Assembly (NCBI GenBank): GCA_965250285.1
Contig: OZ252299.1
Span: 3,648,001-3,712,000 of the forward strand
Length of the DNA: 64,000 bases
Source of the DNA: Myxococcota bacterium
GTDB lineage: Bacteria > Myxococcota_A > UBA9160 > UBA4427
Reading direction: 5' to 3'
The notes under the pieces were generated by a model that was not told the DNA's origin, did no database searches, and saw nothing but the letters and a program-made list of their open reading frames with translations. Both the position numbers and the translations under genes were made by a program. Below, one piece after another: positions 1 through 9,697 of the stretch (positions within the stretch are counted from its first letter, which is position 1; each line of letters opens with the position of its first letter).

Positions 1-321
1 CCGATCCATGAGGACGACATCGCCGAGCAGGTTCAGCAGCTCATCCTGAAGGCAGACGTTCCGGCCGTCGTCGTGAACCTCGGCGGCGACGAGACCACGT
101 CGGTCGAGGAGATCATCGCCTATGTCGAGGCGTTGACCGGGTTGGAGATGAAGATCGAGACAGGCCCCGACGCATCGTGGGGCATGAAGGTGCTCGACAA
201 CACGAAGCGCAAGGCGCTCGCGGGCCCCTGCCGTGTGCCGTGGCGGGAAGGCGTGCGGTCGGCGCTCGCACGGCGGCATCCCGACGCGATCATCGAGAGC
301 GAGGAGGCGAAGCCCGCATGA
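1..321 (+). CDS. C-terminal part of NAD-dependent epimerase/dehydratase (extended SDR), 5'-truncated by window edge
   Basis: Frame 1 open from base 1: PIHEDDIA...VVNLGGDETTSVEEII, typical of extended-SDR C-termini; stop overlaps next ATG (ATGA 318-321). Confidence 0.6.
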   Translation, partial: PIHEDDIAEQVQQLILKADVPAVVVNLGGDETTSVEEIIAYVEALTGLEMKIETGPDASWGMKVLDNTKRKALAGPCRVPWREGVRSALARRHPDAIIESEEAKPA

Positions 322-1280
322 GCAACCCGAACCCGCGCTACCCCGTCCCCGAAAACGTGAGCGCCGAAGCGAGAGCGTTCCTCGCCCAGCCGGTCGACAT
401 GAGTGCCGGCGACCGGCCTTCCCCCGCGTCGACCGCCGAGTGGGAGGAACGCGTCGCCGAGAGCAACGGCATGTTCGAGGGCCTCGTGCGCGAGGCGATC
501 GAGAAGGCCCCCGTCGTCGTCGAAAAGTCGACGCTCGCCGGCGTGATCGTGCGCGAGGTGCGACCGCGAGACGAGTCACTCCTGAAGCCCGGGCGCCTGC
601 TGCTCAACCTGCACGGCGGCGGCTACACGATGTTCGGCGGCGATCTGAGCGTGCTCGAAGCGCTGGGCCTCGCCGCCGCCGGCTACCGGGTCGTGTCGGT
701 GGACTACCGCATGCCGCCGCACCACCCGTTCCCCGCTGCCGTCGACGACGGCGTCTCGGTCTACGAGAAACTGCTCGAAGAGCTCGATGCGCGAAAGATC
801 GCCATCTTCGGCACTTCGGCCGGTGGGGCGCTCACCGCTTCGGTGATCCTCGCCGCGCGGGACCGGGGCTTGCCGCTGCCGGCCGCGGCCATCATGCACA
901 CACCGTGGGCCGACCTGGCGAAGATCGGTGACAGCTACGAGACCAACGAAGGCGTCGACCCGACGCTGTCGAGCTACGCGATGCTGGGCGACGCGGCCGT
1001 CGCCTACGCTGGGGGCGAAGCCCTCGACCACCCCCTGCTGTCGCCCGTCTACGGCGACTTCAGCGAGGGCTTCCCGCCCTCGCTGCTGTCGACGGGCACG
1101 CGCGACCTGCTGCTCAGCTGCACCGTCCGCCTGCACCGCGCACTGCGCGCGGCGGGCATTCCGGCCGACCTCCACGTCTACGATGCGATGTGGCACGGGT
1201 TCCCGCTGATGGTGCCGGTCGAGGGGCAGGATCTCGATCGCGAGACGCTCGCCTTCCTCGAGACGCACCTCGGCGACTGA
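318..1280 (+). CDS. Alpha/beta hydrolase, HSL-family esterase
   Basis: HGGG oxyanion motif, GTSAG nucleophile elbow, D and H (MWHGF) triad; ATG at 318 after GAGGAGG. Confidence 0.9.
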   Translation: MSNPNPRYPVPENVSAEARAFLAQPVDMSAGDRPSPASTAEWEERVAESNGMFEGLVREAIEKAPVVVEKSTLAGVIVREVRPRDESLLKPGRLLLNLHGGGYTMFGGDLSVLEALGLAAAGYRVVSVDYRMPPHHPFPAAVDDGVSVYEKLLEELDARKIAIFGTSAGGALTASVILAARDRGLPLPAAAIMHTPWADLAKIGDSYETNEGVDPTLSSYAMLGDAAVAYAGGEALDHPLLSPVYGDFSEGFPPSLLSTGTRDLLLSCTVRLHRALRAAGIPADLHVYDAMWHGFPLMVPVEGQDLDRETLAFLETHLGD

Positions 1281-1332
1281 GCGCACGCGTCCGGGAGCAC
1301 CCCCTCACCTGCCCGACTCAGGAGCGACCGAC

Positions 1333-2970
1333 GTGACCCACGAGCACTACGACGCTGTCGTCATCGGAGCCGGCGTCAGCGGGATGTACGCACTCCATCA
1401 CCTGCGCGAGATGGGTCTGTCGGTGCGCGCGTACGATGGTGCACCCAGGGTGGGCGGCACGTGGTGGCACAACCGCTACCCCGGTGCACGCGTCGATGGC
1501 CCGAGTGCGCCGCTGTACGGCTACACCTTCTCGAAGGAGCTCGTGCAGGAGTGGGACTGGACCGAGACGCAATCTTCCCAGCCCGAGGTGCTCGCGTATC
1601 TCGAGCACGTCGCCGACCGCTTCGACCTGCGTCGCGACATCCAGCTCGAGACCTGGATCAGCGGCGCGCGCTACGACGATGACGACCAGCGCTGGACGGT
1701 CGAGACGAGCGCCGGCGACCAGGTCTCGGCCCGCTACCTGATCTGTGCCGTCGGCGCGCTCTCGACCCCGAACAAGCCCGCCATCCCGGGCATCGACCGC
1801 TTCGCGGGTCAGTGCATCCACACGGGCGATTGGCCTGAGCGGGCGGTCTCGTTCGATGGCCAGCGCGTGGGCGTCATCGGCACGGGCTCATCGGGCATCC
1901 AGGCGATCCCCGAGATCGCGAAGCAGGCGGCGCACGTCACGGTCTTCCAGCGCACACCGCAGTACACCGTGCCCGCGCGCAACCAACCGCTCACCCCCGA
2001 GGCGCTCGCGCTCGTTCGCGACAACTGGGACCAGGTGCGCGCTGGGATGGTGGCGCCCCCGCCGCCCGATGCGCTGCTGCCGATGATGCCGGGCAACGGG
2101 CGGTCGGCCTTCGACGAGACGCCCGAAGAGCGACGCGCGCTCTACGAAGCGCTGTGGGCGCAGGGCACCCTGGCGTTCGTCTTCGGCAACTACCCCGAGC
2201 TCCTCGTGAACGAAGAGATCAACCGCGAAGTGGGTGCGTTCATTCGCGGGAAGATCGAGGAGATCGTCGACGACCCGGCAACCGCGAAGAAGCTGAAGCC
2301 CGACCACTTCTACGGCACGAAGCGCCCGATCCTCGATGACGGGTACTACGCGACCTACAACCGCGACAACGTCACGCTCGTCGACCTGCGCGACGACCCG
2401 CTCGAAGAGGTGACCGCGACGGGCGTGCGCACGGCGTCGGGCGAGCACCGGATCGACGTGCTCGTGCTCGCTACCGGCTTCGACGCGATCAGCGGTTCGA
2501 TGCTGCGCCTCGACCCGATCGGGCGCGGTGGCATGAAGCTCAGCGAGCGGTGGGAGAGCCAGTTCCACAACTACCTCGGCTTGATGATCCACGGCTTCCC
2601 CAACCTCTTCATGATCCACGGGCCCGGCACGCCCGGGGTGCTCTATCTCATGCCGCTCGGTGCCGAGCTCGAGACCGAGTGGATCGCGAACTGTGTGCGC
2701 CACCTGCAGGACGAACGCATGGGGGCCGTCGAGCCGACGCAGGCCGCTGAGCGCGCGTGGGACCGCGAGGTCACCACACTCGCTGACCAGACCCTCTTCC
2801 CGCGGACCGAGTCTTGGTATACGGGCGCGAACATCGCCGGCAAGCCTCGACAGTTCGCCGTCCACCTGGGCGGGCCCGCCTACTTCCACCGCATCGCCGA
2901 GGTCGCCGCGCAGGGCTACGACGGCTTCGTCTTCGAAGCCGAGCGCAACGGCAGCGCGGGCCCCGACTGA
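1333..2970 (+). CDS. Baeyer-Villiger monooxygenase (flavin-containing monooxygenase)
   Basis: GAGVSG, GGTWWHNRYPG, BVMO fingerprint FAGQCIHTGDW, GTGSSG, ATGF; AGGAG RBS. Confidence 0.92.
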   Translation: MTHEHYDAVVIGAGVSGMYALHHLREMGLSVRAYDGAPRVGGTWWHNRYPGARVDGPSAPLYGYTFSKELVQEWDWTETQSSQPEVLAYLEHVADRFDLRRDIQLETWISGARYDDDDQRWTVETSAGDQVSARYLICAVGALSTPNKPAIPGIDRFAGQCIHTGDWPERAVSFDGQRVGVIGTGSSGIQAIPEIAKQAAHVTVFQRTPQYTVPARNQPLTPEALALVRDNWDQVRAGMVAPPPPDALLPMMPGNGRSAFDETPEERRALYEALWAQGTLAFVFGNYPELLVNEEINREVGAFIRGKIEEIVDDPATAKKLKPDHFYGTKRPILDDGYYATYNRDNVTLVDLRDDPLEEVTATGVRTASGEHRIDVLVLATGFDAISGSMLRLDPIGRGGMKLSERWESQFHNYLGLMIHGFPNLFMIHGPGTPGVLYLMPLGAELETEWIANCVRHLQDERMGAVEPTQAAERAWDREVTTLADQTLFPRTESWYTGANIAGKPRQFAVHLGGPAYFHRIAEVAAQGYDGFVFEAERNGSAGPD

Positions 2971-3016
2971 CGCCGCAGCGCCTGGAGCCCGTGAGACGCC
3001 TCCGACGCGAGCCCGA

Positions 3017-3050
3017 TTGCTTTTTACGTAATGACGGTTACGATAAAGGC
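3017..3050 (+). promoter_or_regulatory. Sigma70-like promoter with imperfect inverted repeat (probable TetR operator); leaderless start
   Basis: TTGCTT(3017)-16 nt-TACGAT(3039), ATG after 6 more nt; TTTTACGTAA...TTACGATAAA imperfect IR. Confidence 0.55.
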
Positions 3051-3632
3051 ATGCCTCGGATCGTCGACCACGAAGAGCGCCGCCAATCGATCGCGACGGG
3101 GGCCGTCCGCGCGATCGCCGACCTGGGCCTCGAGGTCAAGATGACCGACATCGGTGCGGCCGCGGGCTGCACGACGGGCGCCGTGACCCACTACTTCGAC
3201 GACAAGGACGAGGTGCTGGTCGCCGCCCTCCGCGAGCTGAACCGCCGCGTCGCCGAGCGCATGGAGACGCATCTCGAGAACGAGTCGTCGGAGCTCGTCG
3301 ACGTCATCGCCGAGGCGCTGCCCCTCGATGCCGCGCGACGCGAGGAGTGGCGCGTCTGGATCGGCTTCTTCGGCCGCTCTGCCTGGAGCCCGGCGCTCGC
3401 GGGCGAGCTGCGCGATCGCAACGGCGAGTGGCGCAACGCGGCCACCGAAATGTTCGAGTGGGGCATCGAGCAGGGCCTCTTTCGACACGACATCGACGTC
3501 GAACTCGAGAGCGAAGCGCTCCTGCTCTTGATCGACGGCATCGGCTCGAATGCCATCCTCGACCCGCGCCGCTGGACGGCCGCTCGCCAGCGTGCCCAGG
3601 TCGATCACTTTCTCTCACGACTGCGCCCGTAG
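3051..3632 (+). CDS. TetR/BetI-type transcriptional regulator
   Basis: MPRIVDHEERR start, HTH IGAAAGCTTGAVTHYFDDKDEVL, BetI-like C-terminus. Confidence 0.88.
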   Translation: MPRIVDHEERRQSIATGAVRAIADLGLEVKMTDIGAAAGCTTGAVTHYFDDKDEVLVAALRELNRRVAERMETHLENESSELVDVIAEALPLDAARREEWRVWIGFFGRSAWSPALAGELRDRNGEWRNAATEMFEWGIEQGLFRHDIDVELESEALLLLIDGIGSNAILDPRRWTAARQRAQVDHFLSRLRP

Positions 3633-3668
3633 ACCGCACGCACCGTCGATCGACGAGGAGAACGACGC

Positions 3669-4358
3669 ATGCCCTACCAACCCCTCAAAGCCTGGCGCGC
3701 CCTGAAGAAGTCGTACGCCGATCCCGACGACACCGTCGCCGTCTTCGAGCTGCTCGATGCCCTGAGCGGCAGCTCGTATCAGCGCGACTTCGACCGCTTC
3801 GCCCAGAGCGAAACCGGCCGCCGCGTGCTCGACGAGAAGCGCGATCTGCTCGATACGCTGCGCGACCGCACGTATCTCGAATCGTTGCCCGAGGGCAGCT
3901 TCGGGCGAACGTACGCCGAGTTCACGGCGCGCGAGCAGATCAGCGCGGACGGACTCGTCGAGGCCAGCAACGGAGCCGAGTACGACGCAACCGACATCGG
4001 CGAAGACCGAGCCCGCTTCATGGCGCGCTATCGCGACCTGCACGATCTCGAGCACGTATTGACCGGCTACGGGCGCGACCTGCGCGGCGAAGTCGCGCTG
4101 CTCACCTTCGACCTCGCTCAGTCGTGGAGTCTCGGGCTTGCGGTCATCGTGGGCACGGCGCTGATCGAGAGCGACCGCGAGCAGTGGCGGCTCGTGCGCG
4201 AAGCCTGGCGCCGAGGCAAGAACGCAGCCTGGTCACCGGGGGTCGACTGGGAGGCACTGCTCCCACTGCCCCTCGAAGACGTGCGTGCGCGCCTGTCTGT
4301 CGGCGCGCCGCCCGCGTACGAGCCGCTTCGGTCGGCGGGCGCGCCCTCGCTCGCCTAG
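3669..4358 (+). CDS. Coq4 family protein
   Basis: LESLPEGSFGRTY and HDLEHVLTGYGRDLRGE (HDxxH...E metal motif); GAGGAG RBS. Confidence 0.8.
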   Translation: MPYQPLKAWRALKKSYADPDDTVAVFELLDALSGSSYQRDFDRFAQSETGRRVLDEKRDLLDTLRDRTYLESLPEGSFGRTYAEFTAREQISADGLVEASNGAEYDATDIGEDRARFMARYRDLHDLEHVLTGYGRDLRGEVALLTFDLAQSWSLGLAVIVGTALIESDREQWRLVREAWRRGKNAAWSPGVDWEALLPLPLEDVRARLSVGAPPAYEPLRSAGAPSLA

Positions 4359-4457
4359 CCCCCGCCCTGAACGGAGGCCTCGAGCACGCGGAACTACAGG
4401 CACGCCGGCGCGTTCGGAATCGGCCGGGCATCGGTGCGGCGAGTGACGATGTCGGGA

Positions 4458-6830
4458 TCAGGGCGTCGTTCCCTGCTCCGAGACGACGCGCTCGATGAAC
4501 GCGTTGCGGCGCCGAATGAGCTCGTGGAGCTGGGCCCGGAACGCCGGGTCGCGGATCGACCAGGGCACCGACGGCGGCGCAGTGTCGCGAAGCATCGAGA
4601 CGAAGCGGGCGTAGCGCGGCTGGCCGCGCAGCGAGGTGATCTGCGGTGCCCCGTAGCTGACGATCGGGTGGTCGTCGGTGTTGACGGGTCCATCCCCCGC
4701 GTAGGCACCCAGCGCTTCCGACTCGGCGATCAGCATGCCGAACAGGCTCGGGTCGGTCTCGAGGTCGAGACCCGCCAGAGCGCGTCGCAGGTCTTCGCTT
4801 CGAACACGCCGGTCCATCCAGCCGGGCCCGTACTCGGGCCACTCGTCGCGTACGCCGACCAGGGCCACGGCCGGGGAGTCGAGTCGCACCTCGACCATCA
4901 CGGCGCGTGCGCTCGGAAACGCGCTCAGGAACGTCCGGATCACGTCGCGCAGCGTGGGCTCATCGAGCTGGTACATCGGCAGCCACTGCACGAACAGCCC
5001 GCCCCGATCGAGCCGCTCCCGCACCGCTTCGAAGTGCTCCCGCGTATAGAGCATGCCGCCGCCGTCGCGCGCGGGATGGAACAGATCGGCGATGATGACG
5101 TCGAAGGTCTCGTCGCTCGTGCGCACGAATCGTCGGGCATCCGCCGCGTAGACGCGCGTGCGCGGCGCGTCGATCAGGCTTCGGCCTTCGACCACGAAGG
5201 CCGGCAACGCGTCGACGACCTCGGGCACGAGCTCGACGGCATCGACCTCGACGCCGGGATGATCGGACGCCGCCAGCGCAGTCAGCCCGGTCCCCAGACC
5301 GAGGTAGAGCGCACGCGTCGGATCAGGATGCAGCAACAGCGGGATGTGCCCCTGGCGAAGCTGCATGCGCTCACCGAGCGGCGTCGTGCCGCCCATCGCG
5401 AACCGATTGTTGACGCGGAGCGCGCGATGCCCCTGCTCGTCTTCGAGCACGGCGACCGAAGCCATGACGCCCTCGCGGTAGGAGACGATTCGCTGCCCCT
5501 CACTCGTCTGGATCCAGCGCAGATCGGGCAGCACGAGCGCGAGCAGGATCGGCGGCACGAAGAGAACGAGCCGGGGGCGCGACAGGGCGGCCGCCAACGC
5601 CAGGTAGCCCAGCGAGACCGCCGCGAGGGCCCAGCGGGTGCCGACGACGGGCAGGACGAGGACGCCGACGACGAACGGCGCGAGAAAGCCGCCCGCCGTG
5701 TTCGCGGCGAGCGCCTCGCCCACACCCGCGCCTCGGCTCTTGGCCTCTTCGGTCAGGAGGCTGAAGATCGAGCCCATCAGCGCGGTGGGCAGCAACAGGG
5801 CGGCCGCGGCGACGACGACCTCGGAGATCAAAACGCCGCGGATCGAGTTCCCAAAAGTGAAGCGGCCAAACTGGTAGATCTCGGGGCTCACCGCGAACAC
5901 GACGCCCCCGATCAGGCACGCGGTCGAGAGCAGAGCCAACAGCCGCGCGGCGACTGACGCGGGCGCTCGGAGCCGGCCCTGCAAGCGCTGGTACACCGCG
6001 GCCCCCGCCGCGGTGCCGAGCAACCACACACTCAACACTGCCGCGTAGCTGTACACCGTGTTCTCGATGACCTGCGCGAGGATGCGAAGGGCCACCGCTT
6101 CGTACCCGATCCCGAGGAGCCCGGTGATGAAGAGCGCGGCGAGAAGACGGCGGCGCAGCGGCGTAGGGTCGGCGGCTCGCTCGAGTACGGGCTCGACCTC
6201 GGGCGACGCGTCCCCGAACGATCGCAGCCAGACCAGTACGAGTACGGCGCACACCGCGTTCAGCGCCGCGACCGACAGGAGCGTCGTGCGGTACCCCAGC
6301 ATCGGGACGAGCACGAACGCCCCCGACAGCGTGCCGATCACCGCGCCGAATGTGTTCGCGGCATAGAGACCGCCGACGTGCCGCCCACGGCCGGCCTGCG
6401 CCGCGACGAGGCGCTCCATCGCGGGGAGCGTGGCGCCCATGGCGGCCGTGGCCGGCAAGAGAACGAGCAAAGGCAGACCAAACGAAACGACCCACTGCAA
6501 TGCGGGCGCCGGCATCGGGCCCATGAGCCAGAGCGCGAGCTCGGTCGTCGGCGCCGCGATCCATGCGCACACCACGCCCCACACCGCGATGAGACCCTCG
6601 AGCGCGGCGTACCAGAGGCCGGGCCGCTCGCTGCGACGAATCGGCCGATCGAGCAGCCAGGCCCCGAGGCCGAGGCCTCCGAAGAACGCACCGACGATGG
6701 CGAGGGTGGCCGCAAGCTCATGCCCGAGGCCGACCGCAAACATGCGCACCGAAGCCATCTGAAAGCCGAGACCGGCCGCCCCCGAGGCGAGGAAGATCGC
6801 GTGCAGCATCCAGCCGCGCGATCTCGGCAT
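4458..6830 (-). CDS. Fused membrane domain / spermidine synthase-like SAM-binding protein
   Basis: Many TM segments with MGATLP and LYAANTFGA motifs, followed by LGLGTG...VELVPEV...DARRF...DVIIADLFHP...LYTREHF. Confidence 0.85.
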   Translation of the reverse strand: MPRSRGWMLHAIFLASGAAGLGFQMASVRMFAVGLGHELAATLAIVGAFFGGLGLGAWLLDRPIRRSERPGLWYAALEGLIAVWGVVCAWIAAPTTELALWLMGPMPAPALQWVVSFGLPLLVLLPATAAMGATLPAMERLVAAQAGRGRHVGGLYAANTFGAVIGTLSGAFVLVPMLGYRTTLLSVAALNAVCAVLVLVWLRSFGDASPEVEPVLERAADPTPLRRRLLAALFITGLLGIGYEAVALRILAQVIENTVYSYAAVLSVWLLGTAAGAAVYQRLQGRLRAPASVAARLLALLSTACLIGGVVFAVSPEIYQFGRFTFGNSIRGVLISEVVVAAAALLLPTALMGSIFSLLTEEAKSRGAGVGEALAANTAGGFLAPFVVGVLVLPVVGTRWALAAVSLGYLALAAALSRPRLVLFVPPILLALVLPDLRWIQTSEGQRIVSYREGVMASVAVLEDEQGHRALRVNNRFAMGGTTPLGERMQLRQGHIPLLLHPDPTRALYLGLGTGLTALAASDHPGVEVDAVELVPEVVDALPAFVVEGRSLIDAPRTRVYAADARRFVRTSDETFDVIIADLFHPARDGGGMLYTREHFEAVRERLDRGGLFVQWLPMYQLDEPTLRDVIRTFLSAFPSARAVMVEVRLDSPAVALVGVRDEWPEYGPGWMDRRVRSEDLRRALAGLDLETDPSLFGMLIAESEALGAYAGDGPVNTDDHPIVSYGAPQITSLRGQPRYARFVSMLRDTAPPSVPWSIRDPAFRAQLHELIRRRNAFIERVVSEQGTTP

Positions 6831-7056
6831 GGTCACGGCTTCTCCGACGAGTGAACGATTGACATGGAGGGTGTGTGACCCCGCGATCGCCGTTTCGGCG
6901 CTCGCAGTGGCGTCCTCGATCGAGAAAGGAAGACGCCGAAGACCCTTAGCAGGTGCCGCTCGCGGCGGCCGGGTTCCTCGGGCCCATGCTGCGCTCCTCG
7001 AAGACAGCCGATGCTAGGATCGAGGCCCACGCACCCCTTCGAAGAGGACGGGCCCC

Positions 7057-7821
7057 ATGCTCGAGATTCACCAGTTCGGATGTCTGTCCGACAACTACGG
7101 CTTCCTCGTCCACGACGCCGACTCGGGGCTCACGGCATGCGTCGATACGCCCGAAGCCGGACCGATCCTCGCCGCGCTCGAAGCCAAGGGCTGGTCGCTG
7201 ACACACATCTGGAACACGCACTGGCACCCCGACCACACGGGTGGAAACCTCGAGATCCAGAAAGAGACGGGCTGCGAGATCTTCGGCCCGCGCAACGAGC
7301 GCGAGCGCATCCCGGGGATCGACCTGGAGCTCGACGAGGACAGCCGCTTCGAGTTCGGTGCCCACACGGTGCGCGTGTTCGACGTGCCGGGCCACACGTC
7401 GGGCCACATCGCCTACTGGATGCCCGACGACGCGGTCGCGTTCGTCGGCGACACGCTCTTCGCGCTTGGCTGCGGTCGGCTGTTCGAGGGGACCGCCGAA
7501 CAGATGTGGGATTCACTCGGCAAGCTGGCCGCGCTGCCGCCCGAGACGGTCCTGTACTGCGCGCACGAGTACACCCAGGCCAACGCGCGCTTCGCCCAGA
7601 GCGTCGACCCCGAGAACGAGGCCCTCGCCGAACGCGTGCAGGAGATCGACTCGCTTCGCGCGAAGGGGATCGCGACGGTGCCCACCTCACTCGGGACCGA
7701 GCTGGCGACGAACCCGTTCCTGCGCGCCGAAGACCCCGGGCTGCAGCGGGCACTCGGCATGGAAGGCGCCGACCCGGTCGAGGTGTTTGCCGAGACGCGC
7801 AAGCGCAAGGACAACTTCTGA
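7057..7821 (+). CDS. gloB: Hydroxyacylglutathione hydrolase (glyoxalase II)
   Basis: DNYGFL, THWHPDHTGG, PGHTSGH, GDTLFALGCGRLFEG, CAHEYT, ELATNPFLR, RKRKDNF. Confidence 0.95.
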   Translation: MLEIHQFGCLSDNYGFLVHDADSGLTACVDTPEAGPILAALEAKGWSLTHIWNTHWHPDHTGGNLEIQKETGCEIFGPRNERERIPGIDLELDEDSRFEFGAHTVRVFDVPGHTSGHIAYWMPDDAVAFVGDTLFALGCGRLFEGTAEQMWDSLGKLAALPPETVLYCAHEYTQANARFAQSVDPENEALAERVQEIDSLRAKGIATVPTSLGTELATNPFLRAEDPGLQRALGMEGADPVEVFAETRKRKDNF

Positions 7822-7943
7822 CGCATGCAACGCGCAGCGACGCGTCTCGCCCATCGCCGACGTCGACGCTGGGGTCGCTCTCGATGAGCACCATCGCGCA
7901 CCCCGCCGACACGACACGGTCTATGGCCACCTCGGAGGTTCCG

Positions 7944-8882
7944 ATGACACAGTCGAAGCCCTTGCGACACCCCACCGAGCTGCGCCGCGCAGCCTCTCTC
8001 CTCTTTCTCGGGCTCCTTCTGCTCTCTGTCGGCTGTGGTGATGTCTTCGGTCGGTCGAACGCGGAGCAGGTCGACACCACCGACACGACGGTTGCGCCGG
8101 CGGGAGACTCGGCGACGGACGGCGCCGAGCTGCTCTCCGCATTTTACGGTCTCGATGACGGGCTCCCGTTTCTCGCGCGGTTTCTGGTGTGCGGCGGCTC
8201 GATGGGCAGCGACGGCATGCCGGTGATCTTCTCCGAAGAGCTCGACCTCGACACCGTGCAGGCGGGCGACTTCCGCGTCGTGCTCGAAGGCGGAGGCACG
8301 GGTGAGATCGTCTGCGTCACCCCCGCGCCGGCCACCGACGCGGGCGAGCTCCGTACGATCCTGATGATCGGCGACTTCGGCTCGATCGAGAATCAGCCCG
8401 CGCGCGTCGAGATCGTGGGCAACGTGCTCTCGCACGACCAGCGATCGAACTTTCGAGGCAGTCAGGTCGACGCGACCCGGCTGGAGGCGGGGCCGACGCT
8501 GCTCCACGCCGAGATCGTCCCGCAAGATGAGTGGGAGCTCGGCAAGTCGCCCACACGCTTCCCCTTCGGCGGCGGCAGCGGCTGCCCCGACTCGACGCGT
8601 CAGGTCGTGCGCGTCGTGTGGACAGGCGGCGTGACGAAGCCGGGCGGCGGCGAGATCGACGACGTCGAACGCGAGGCGTACAGGGTGTTCGTCGAAGACG
8701 ACGCGGGTGAGGTCACCGCACTTTCGCCCTTCGCCATCGGGGACCTCGGTGATGGCGACAACAACCACGAGCTCTGCCTCGACACCGAGGCGCCGGCGCT
8801 GCGTGTCGAGTTCCCAGCAGGGCTATTGACGGACCCGCGCGAAGACCTCAATCCGGCCACGGAGGTCGCCGTCTCACGATGA
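7944..8882 (+). CDS. Hypothetical lipoprotein
   Basis: GGAGG RBS, hydrophobic signal with lipobox SVGC, coding-like composition. Confidence 0.7.
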   Translation: MTQSKPLRHPTELRRAASLLFLGLLLLSVGCGDVFGRSNAEQVDTTDTTVAPAGDSATDGAELLSAFYGLDDGLPFLARFLVCGGSMGSDGMPVIFSEELDLDTVQAGDFRVVLEGGGTGEIVCVTPAPATDAGELRTILMIGDFGSIENQPARVEIVGNVLSHDQRSNFRGSQVDATRLEAGPTLLHAEIVPQDEWELGKSPTRFPFGGGSGCPDSTRQVVRVVWTGGVTKPGGGEIDDVEREAYRVFVEDDAGEVTALSPFAIGDLGDGDNNHELCLDTEAPALRVEFPAGLLTDPREDLNPATEVAVSR

Positions 8883-8907
8883 GGGGTGAGACCGGGCCAT
8901 GGCGCGC

Positions 8908-9471
8908 TCAGGCCGTTTCGCAGCAGCCTTCGTAGACGCAGAGGCAGTCGACGCAGTCGCGCAGCGTTTCGACGCCGCAGTGGTCGCGCATCCTCTTCTT
9001 GAGCGCCTTGCGCGCGCGGTGCAGCCGCACCGTGGCGTTGTTCACCGAGATGCCGAGCACGCTGGCCGCCTCGCGCAGCGTGAGGCCACGCACGTCGACG
9101 AGGCTCAGAATGACGGCATAGTTGTCGGCCAGCGTCTGCGTCTGGCTGATGCTGCAGGCACACGAATCGACGCGAGCCTGGGTCGCGGGGTCGGGCAGCT
9201 CATCGATCGTTCCGCCGAACTGTTGTCGTTGACGCGCGCGGCGGCGCATCAGATCTGTGGCCACGTTTCGGTACAGGCGGTGCAGCCAGGGCACGACCCG
9301 ATCCCGATCGCGAAGCGAGCCCGCACTGCGGATCGCGCGCATCGCGGCGATCTGAAACGCATCGTCGAGATCGTCGGGATGCACCCGCGCGCGCAGAACA
9401 CCCCTCAGGGCGACCTCTTCGGCGCGAAGAGCGTTCGCGACGACTTCGTCTTGGAAACTGCGCACGGCCAT
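8908..9471 (-). CDS. ECF sigma factor with CxC linker and Cys-rich C-terminal domain (CorE/ECF44-like)
   Basis: Sigma2 (DDAFQ...WLHRLYRN), sigma4 HTH (LREAASVLGISVNNATVRLHRARKALK), linker CAC, tail HCGVETLRDCVDCLCVYEGCC. Confidence 0.85.
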   Translation of the reverse strand: MAVRSFQDEVVANALRAEEVALRGVLRARVHPDDLDDAFQIAAMRAIRSAGSLRDRDRVVPWLHRLYRNVATDLMRRRARQRQQFGGTIDELPDPATQARVDSCACSISQTQTLADNYAVILSLVDVRGLTLREAASVLGISVNNATVRLHRARKALKKRMRDHCGVETLRDCVDCLCVYEGCCETA

Positions 9472-9489
9472 CGTGCCTCGAAAGCTAAG

Positions 9490-9633
9490 CTACTTCTGCG
9501 TTGCGGGACAGCCGCAGCTCGCTTCACAGCGACACGCATCGCCACATGCGCACGTCTCTCCGCAGCAGCAGCCCGTTGGGGTTCGCTCGCACGCACACGG
9601 GGTCGGACAGGGACACTTCGTCGCTTCGGCCAT
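9490..9633 (-). CDS. Small Cys-rich metallothionein-like peptide (47 aa, 13 Cys), absent from ORF track
   Basis: Manual translation MAEATKCPCPTPCACERTPTGCCCGETCACGDACRCEASCGCPATQK*; GGAG RBS; ends 18 nt before the sigma ATG. Confidence 0.78.
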   Translation of the reverse strand: MAEATKCPCPTPCACERTPTGCCCGETCACGDACRCEASCGCPATQK

Positions 9634-9697
9634 CTCGAAACTCCAGGTGAAGCCACCGCTCGATCGCGGTGACGCAGCTCTTCATCACTTGATTGGA

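Noticed and set aside
4434..5957. Long shadow ORFs (also 9722-11680, 40220-42127, 53776-55809, 55376-58045, 62315-63793)
   Set aside because: Antisense or alternate frames of well-supported genes; Arg/Ala/Pro-rich without motifs, as expected from stop-codon scarcity at high GC.
9490..9633. Cys-rich peptide as a RiPP precursor
   Set aside because: No leader/core division and no radical SAM, YcaO or LanM gene nearby; the metal-sigma context favours metallothionein.
9473..9697. ORF-track N-terminal extension of PhoX
   Set aside because: It lies antisense to the Cys-rich peptide and puts the Tat motif about 120 aa inside the protein; the real start must be downstream.
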